This document shows positions 25,601 through 29,348 of a stretch of DNA of 29,348 nt, in pieces. This DNA comes from a virus, in the IMG/VR virus record IMGVR_UViG_3300005077_000007, positions 79,249 to 108,596 of that record. One strand, 5' to 3'. Made by a program: the position numbers and the translations under genes. Positions within the stretch are counted from its first letter, which is position 1, and every line of letters starts with the position of its first letter. A model generated the notes under the pieces. It saw only the letters and a list, made by a program, of their open reading frames with translations. It was not told where the DNA came from and ran no database searches.

Positions 25601-27032
25601 ACGGAACGGTACTAATAAGAATCTTGGCGTACTTGTCACAACTTTTTTGATTATATTTCTCAATGGACTTTCTAAACTGTACGACCGCATCGCCGTTGGC
25701 TAGCTCATCTGCACGCTTCTCGGTTCCGTCTCGCATCTTGAATTTATGGTTCGGGGTAACGCGGGTTTTTCCTCCATTGGTAAATTCTACTTCGACTATC
25801 CGCTGATTATACCCAGTTATCCTCGGGTTCCTCCCCGTCGAGATTGTCATTCGACCTTCGTTATCAATGCAATAGACGGGCACATCCTTCCCTTCCGCAG
25901 CTAATTGCTCAATCGGCACGGCACCCCTACCGTCAGCTACCGCAATAAGGGTATCGCCAGTTACGCATGGATTAGTTCCCCTTACTTCTATATCATGCTC
26001 CCCGTATCCATCCTTTGTTCTTCCGTAATGGCGTGCATTGCCCAACCAGAATAATCCAGGCTCTCCATTTTGTCGAATTAAATCGGCAATAGCCTTATAG
26101 TCCATACCGACTTCTGCAAAGATGGAATTATTACTGGCGAATCGATGAGAGAGGAGTTCTTTTTTGTATTTTTGTGGATTTTTGAGTTCAATAAATTCAT
26201 CACAGAATGGCCCTAATGCTAATTGCGCGGACCTGCGGCTGGCGCCGGAAACAATGCAACGCCCAATCCAGTTAAAAATATCAACGATTGCCGTAATAGT
26301 AATAGGCTTTCCAATCAGATTACTGAGTATAACGCTGATCGCTTCGTGCATTTCCTTTAATGGACCTGGGCCACTTGATGTCCCGCCAAGGCCATGCAGC
26401 TTCATTCCCGCCGGACGGACCATGGAGTAATCAAACTGCGGAAGTGGCCTGCCATACGCATACGCTTCGAGCAGTATCTTAAGTGATTCCACCCATCCCT
26501 CACGGCTATCTGGAACTTGGAAAGATATTACGCCGTTGGGTTTCTTAATGACAATCTTCCCCTCCCCTCTGACATCAAACCCAACGCCAACGCCAAGCGC
26601 CGACATATCCATCATGTATGTAAATGGACGGGCGAAATCTTCCTTGATGTTTTCTGTAGAGTGAAACGAGCAGTTGATAAGGATGGCAGATTGCTTTAAT
26701 TCTAATGATTTTGCTCCCATATGCTCAAGGCCGCGACCGGGGGGCAAGAACTTCATGTTGAAGATAAGATCATACATTCTTTGAGCAGAAAATTGCGCCT
26801 TCTGCATATTGAATGGTAGTCCGTGCATCTTACAGTGTGTTAACTGTGCGTTATACGTACCCTCAACGACACGCTGGCAAGTCTGCCACCATTCCTCAAA
26901 TTTACCATTTTCTAATTCACGAGAATAGGTTCTTTTGTATGTGACTAGCCCAACAACACCATACCCCCAATGCACCTTTCGCTTTTTATATCCATCTAGG
27001 AAATTACTTGTCAATACAAACTGCTTCACCAT
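22668..27032 (-). CDS. nrdJ: class II adenosylcobalamin-dependent ribonucleotide reductase (monomeric RTPR type) with two inteins; about 649 aa after splicing
   Basis: TYKRTYSR, FLPPGRGL, INC, PDSREGW, RRSAQ, NGEPG, GTNP|CGE, LCNLSE, NRRIGVG, TVKPSG|SVS, DNQVSATI, QAPY, C-terminal CNGEQC. Confidence 0.95.
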   Translation of the reverse strand: MVKQFVLTSNFLDGYKKRKVHWGYGVVGLVTYKRTYSRELENGKFEEWWQTCQRVVEGTYNAQLTHCKMHGLPFNMQKAQFSAQRMYDLIFNMKFLPPGRGLEHMGAKSLELKQSAILINCSFHSTENIKEDFARPFTYMMDMSALGVGVGFDVRGEGKIVIKKPNGVISFQVPDSREGWVESLKILLEAYAYGRPLPQFDYSMVRPAGMKLHGLGGTSSGPGPLKEMHEAISVILSNLIGKPITITAIVDIFNWIGRCIVSGASRRSAQLALGPFCDEFIELKNPQKYKKELLSHRFASNNSIFAEVGMDYKAIADLIRQNGEPGLFWLGNARHYGRTKDGYGEHDIEVRGTNPCVTGDTLIAVADGRGAVPIEQLAAEGKDVPVYCIDNEGRMTISTGRNPRITGYNQRIVEVEFTNGGKTRVTPNHKFKMRDGTEKRADELANGDAVVQFRKSIEKYNQKSCDKYAKILISTVPLRFEMEHRMIARFHNKERWESSYDGSVTVGRSIGNLVVHHKNHNTLDNSVGNLEIMDAIEHIRYHNSQRDVSGAKNPSFGVPCSEERKEKIRQKAIERCADPFYIERMSDAQKKVITDDSRKRMSKVARDKWQRKYLEIIDTTDLPVVMVGGKLYVKRACEECGTPFEVRWHRREIAYCSSECQSAMRSKHYQRLAQLPLRKGRQLESLKNRQKETLESQLRIYNDLKFQLGRDPMQKEWIFQCRKDGVPYRFRCNETPVYNPYALRSFSDLQSRAELHNCRVKSVRQLDDAEDVYNITVDTYHNYVIVTMNSDSGNMTGVCTTNCGEIALSDGELCNLSEIPLNRLSSLDELSYALKFAYLYNKTVTLIPTHDVYVNAVVGRNRRIGVGVTGVVQAINRWGFRATMVALDKGYRYLRELDKLYSRWLCVPNSIKVSTVKPSGCWSENSLISTSNGIYEFKELIDMKIPGWQNIHEELYADTQFGKRRITKLFNNGMAKTRRILTQDGFELEMTNNHKMEVLRGDSRLFLEASQLRVGDSLIAKLNIYTKEDEPALLKLDVEENKRTYGLRSPENMNPDIAWFLGLFYGNGSVHANGIRIAGNGKHPAVYQWLRSFCQDTFGLNVTIEHKKSSSGVSYQINSVHLIEWLRMNGCLKDFAENIEVPAIIRHASAESIRAFIAGFWRADGGIHNASTWSVCTVSKSFAQKMAVLMRLVGYNVKIKCAGPGEWGSRDRWVISSRDAMYNEEQSRYIARSLKERAVSRNEWLDAIVAIENGECVTMDVEVECVHQYIGNGYISHNSVSLLSGSTPGIHFPHSEYYIRNIRFQDGSPIAEALMKAGYPTEKSVYGDNTVVVSIPVKESDYRCGKNDVSMQDQLLLLEALQWHWADNQVSATITFKEQEAHDIERVLSIFEDRIKSVSFLPLTDHQYEQAPYIAIDEEKYTQIMSNVSSVHSSALTAHEVTDAYCNGEQCAIS
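23199..24272 (-). mobile_element. intein 2 (358 aa, residues 921-1278) with LAGLIDADG homing endonuclease
   Basis: Starts CWSENSLISTSNG; block B EMTNNHKM; LGLFYGNG and FIAGFWRADG motifs; ends TMDVEVE..HQYIGNGYISHN then S+1. Confidence 0.92.
24627..25967 (-). mobile_element. intein 1 (447 aa, residues 356-802) with HNH homing endonuclease
   Basis: Starts CVTGDTLIAVADG; block B RVTPNHKF; ends VYNITVDTYHNY...GVCTTN then C+1; internal EHRMIA..VVHHKNHNTLDNSVGNLE (HNH) and NUMOD3-like NPSFGVPCSEERKEKI. Confidence 0.9.
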
Positions 27033-27042
27033 GCCTCACCCC

Positions 27043-27071
27043 TTGACAGCCATTGTAATAACGGATACTAT
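27043..27071 (+). promoter_or_regulatory. sigma70-type promoter for 27090-27371
   Basis: TTGACA-17 nt-TACTAT followed by GGAGG RBS. Confidence 0.7.
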
Positions 27072-27089
27072 AAATCGGAGGGTCGAACA

Positions 27090-27371
27090 ATGAAACCAGG
27101 AATTCGTAGCACTGAATTTTGGCTCACGCTTGCCGTAACTGCTGCACTCATTATTGCTATCATAGCAGACTCAGTAAAGGAAGTCCTTCCTGAAGGTTTT
27201 GCTGCTATTGCTATTTCAGTTGCAACGGCTGGGTATGCCATCTCTCGTGGGCTTGCAAAGATTAACATACTTCTTCAAACTGGAAAACTTCCAGATGAGC
27301 CACCCGTGCGTTCCGACTCTTCGGAACCCAAAATCCCTACCACCCCGTCCTCGGTTGACAAAGTGCTATAG
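27090..27371 (+). CDS. two-TM membrane protein, putative holin-like (KPG..STEFW...YxISRG family)
   Basis: MKPGIRSTEFWLTLAVTAALIIAII...IAISVATAGYAISRGLAK; own promoter and RBS. Confidence 0.7.
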   Translation: MKPGIRSTEFWLTLAVTAALIIAIIADSVKEVLPEGFAAIAISVATAGYAISRGLAKINILLQTGKLPDEPPVRSDSSEPKIPTTPSSVDKVL

Positions 27372-27631
27372 TTCGCTATAGCACTTCCCGCCTTTTCCTG
27401 CGTTGGGCCAATTGAAAGAATATCACATTCAGGGAAAATATCTTTTACCATTGCGCATAGTCTAATAGTTTCCGTATCTTTTCCCCTTAATATCTCTTTC
27501 TCTAGGTATGTAATAACAAGATCGCTTGCTGGAATATCGGGGCAGGCCTTCTTTGCTAGATGGCATTGCGGCACTTCAACGGCCGTAACATAACGACCAT
27601 CCAGCGCGGACGATGACCAACGAAGTCTCAT
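27275..27631 (-). CDS. hypothetical protein
   Basis: 118 aa; GGAGG RBS; ATGA overlap with the upstream gene; tail overlaps the convergent + gene by 97 nt. Confidence 0.6.
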   Translation of the reverse strand: MRLRWSSSALDGRYVTAVEVPQCHLAKKACPDIPASDLVITYLEKEILRGKDTETIRLCAMVKDIFPECDILSIGPTQEKAGSAIANYSTLSTEDGVVGILGSEESERTGGSSGSFPV

Positions 27632-27990
27632 TGCGGAATTTCCTCCGTCGTTGCTTCGGCAATTTCATGGACCGCTCCACCGACCATGAATACTAAAAAC
27701 GGGACAAACCCGCTAGATCCAATACTAACATCCGCATAGTATTGGCCAGTCTCATACAAATATCGTAATAGAACATAAATATCGTAAACACCGGGATTGT
27801 TGGCATTGAGGAACCGAAGAGCAGCGAGAGCGTTGTGCATCTCGCTTTCGAGAGTTGAACCATTATGGCTATCACTATCCGCTCGTTCAGCTTCAGTAAC
27901 GTGCTTACTGGCCATTTCCTCTGAAAATTTCCAAACTTGAGCATACCACGCCTCGGCGTGTAGTTCAAATAACAACTCCCCATGCTTCAT
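27628..27990 (-). CDS. hypothetical protein
   Basis: 120 aa; AGGAG RBS. Confidence 0.7.
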   Translation of the reverse strand: MKHGELLFELHAEAWYAQVWKFSEEMASKHVTEAERADSDSHNGSTLESEMHNALAALRFLNANNPGVYDIYVLLRYLYETGQYYADVSIGSSGFVPFLVFMVGGAVHEIAEATTEEIPQ

Positions 27991-27998
27991 ATATACTC

Positions 27999-29063
27999 CT
28001 AAGCCAAATCATTTTCCCACAACCATATTGCCCTATCGTTAGCCTTTTTAAGTCCCCTACGATTCATCAGCACATTGAGCGTTGGGAAGTTCCACGCAAA
28101 TCGCAGTGATGATAAGATTGACTCCATATCGTTCGGGTCGCACGTAGACAAGGAAGATGCCCAATCTATATCTACAGAGGCAACGATAGGAACACCCATC
28201 CATGTGTGATCCGCCGCGACGATATTGTAAGACTCTGATAATGAAACTTGCATTCCGATGTCCATTGACTGCGCAAGATTCAAGAAGTCGCCATGACTAA
28301 GCCAACCATGCTCTACAAGTCTATGGCGCGAGTTGGATACATCGTTAAAAATAGCGTGCAGATTATTTAATGGCTCTTGGCCGCCACGCTCAATGCGAGT
28401 TCCATTGATATGAAAAAATAAGTTTTTATTTTTCTCGTTCGAAAAAACAATTGCCGCCATAGCCTGCATAACATGATTCTTCATCGGTCGCAATGCCCCA
28501 AAGCAACTAATATGCAAGCTATTTTTTGATGGAAAAACCTCAGGGAAACGATATAATTGAACAGCATCCACTTGCTCATATATATTAGGCAGATACTTTA
28601 CCAGCTTCCCGCCGTCGCCGAAACACTTATTCACATCATCAGCGCCTTCCTGACTATTGAACGATACCGAGAAGTTTTGATAATGTGGCTGTATGTCTCG
28701 TAAGTATTGGAGTAACCACGAAAAAGCAATACCCTCTGTGGCTAAAAATGGAATTTTGCTGTGGACCCGAATATTCCATTTTATATTGGGATACTTCGAC
28801 AAAAGTACATGAAATTTTTCGGGAACGACCCATAGCGCATGAATAAAAACGTGCGTTGGTTTATAGTCATGGACGACTCGATCTATGCAATTATTATCGT
28901 GAACAACCGCAACGCTCGTATCGTATCCGCGACGTCCCAGGGCGCTGGCAACGAACTGAGCAGAATTTTTCAACCCATACGTTCCCTTACCGTAGTCGAT
29001 TGAAGAACGTTTTTTGCAGATAAAAAGAATCCGAGCTTTATTCCCATATCGTTTTTGCTCCAT
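27999..29063 (-). CDS. GT-B fold glycosyltransferase (GT4-like)
   Basis: CFGALRPMKNH and MDIGMQVSLSESYNIVAADHTWMGVPIVAS match the GT-B nucleotide-sugar-binding domain; AGGAG RBS. Confidence 0.8.
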   Translation of the reverse strand: MEQKRYGNKARILFICKKRSSIDYGKGTYGLKNSAQFVASALGRRGYDTSVAVVHDNNCIDRVVHDYKPTHVFIHALWVVPEKFHVLLSKYPNIKWNIRVHSKIPFLATEGIAFSWLLQYLRDIQPHYQNFSVSFNSQEGADDVNKCFGDGGKLVKYLPNIYEQVDAVQLYRFPEVFPSKNSLHISCFGALRPMKNHVMQAMAAIVFSNEKNKNLFFHINGTRIERGGQEPLNNLHAIFNDVSNSRHRLVEHGWLSHGDFLNLAQSMDIGMQVSLSESYNIVAADHTWMGVPIVASVDIDWASSLSTCDPNDMESILSSLRFAWNFPTLNVLMNRRGLKKANDRAIWLWENDLA

Positions 29064-29072
29064 TTCGCACTC

Positions 29073-29348
29073 CTATGTGTCCAATAGTCTACTCTCTCCT
29101 GTTTGTTTTCGTATCTCATCGATGTGGGTTCTTCCGGTCAATAACATACGCTTAACGATAGCGCGACCATGGTATATCTCTATTGGAACAATTTGAAAAT
29201 CACCATCGCTAGTATAATCTACATAAGCAAAACCATTTTGCCAATTTGGATACGGGAGGTACTTAGGGCACGGACCATTAATTCTCGCAAGCGTTCCGGG
29301 GCACACGACTGTTCGCGTTTTATAACCCATATACCCATGAGTTGTCCT
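29073..29348 (-). CDS. C-terminal part of a probable phage metallophosphoesterase-like protein (truncated by window end)
   Basis: Frame is open to the window edge; CPGTLA...NWQNGFAYVDY resembles the C-terminus of phage calcineurin-like phosphoesterases; catalytic motifs lie outside the window. Confidence 0.55.
   Translation of the reverse strand, partial: RTTHGYMGYKTRTVVCPGTLARINGPCPKYLPYPNWQNGFAYVDYTSDGDFQIVPIEIYHGRAIVKRMLLTGRTHIDEIRKQTGESRLLDT

Noticed and set aside
1-29348. CRISPR array, DGR/retron reverse transcriptase, integrase/transposase, stop-codon recoding
   Set aside because: No regularly spaced repeats, RT or recombinase motifs were seen; long genes are intact under the standard code and TAA, TAG and TGA all serve as stops.

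Overview
A 29.3-kb fragment of a dsDNA bacteriophage genome (host not determinable from sequence), standard genetic code. Bases 1-22365 are mostly + strand, densely packed early/middle genes, largely small hypotheticals. Recognisable ones are a SWIM Zn-finger protein, two tandem CX5R phosphatases, a DEDDh exonuclease, a tRNA-Ile with the rare UAU anticodon, an SF2 helicase, a dNMP kinase, an HNH protein and a permuted NlpC/P60 enzyme. From 22362 to the end genes are mostly - strand: a class II (B12-dependent) ribonucleotide reductase split by two inteins (one HNH, one LAGLIDADG), a GT-B glycosyltransferase and a truncated phosphoesterase-like gene. The best candidate for an undescribed system is an inverted, independently transcribed 729-aa dikinase-like enzyme (ATP-grasp + phospho-His swivel + unassigned C-terminal domain, 4854-7043). 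It lies about 1.2 kb from two paralogous dual-specificity-type phosphatases, each fused to a HicA-like C-terminal domain (8271-10132), suggesting a phage phospho-writer/eraser module with an unknown substrate. All family calls come from motif reading by eye; no database searches were run.
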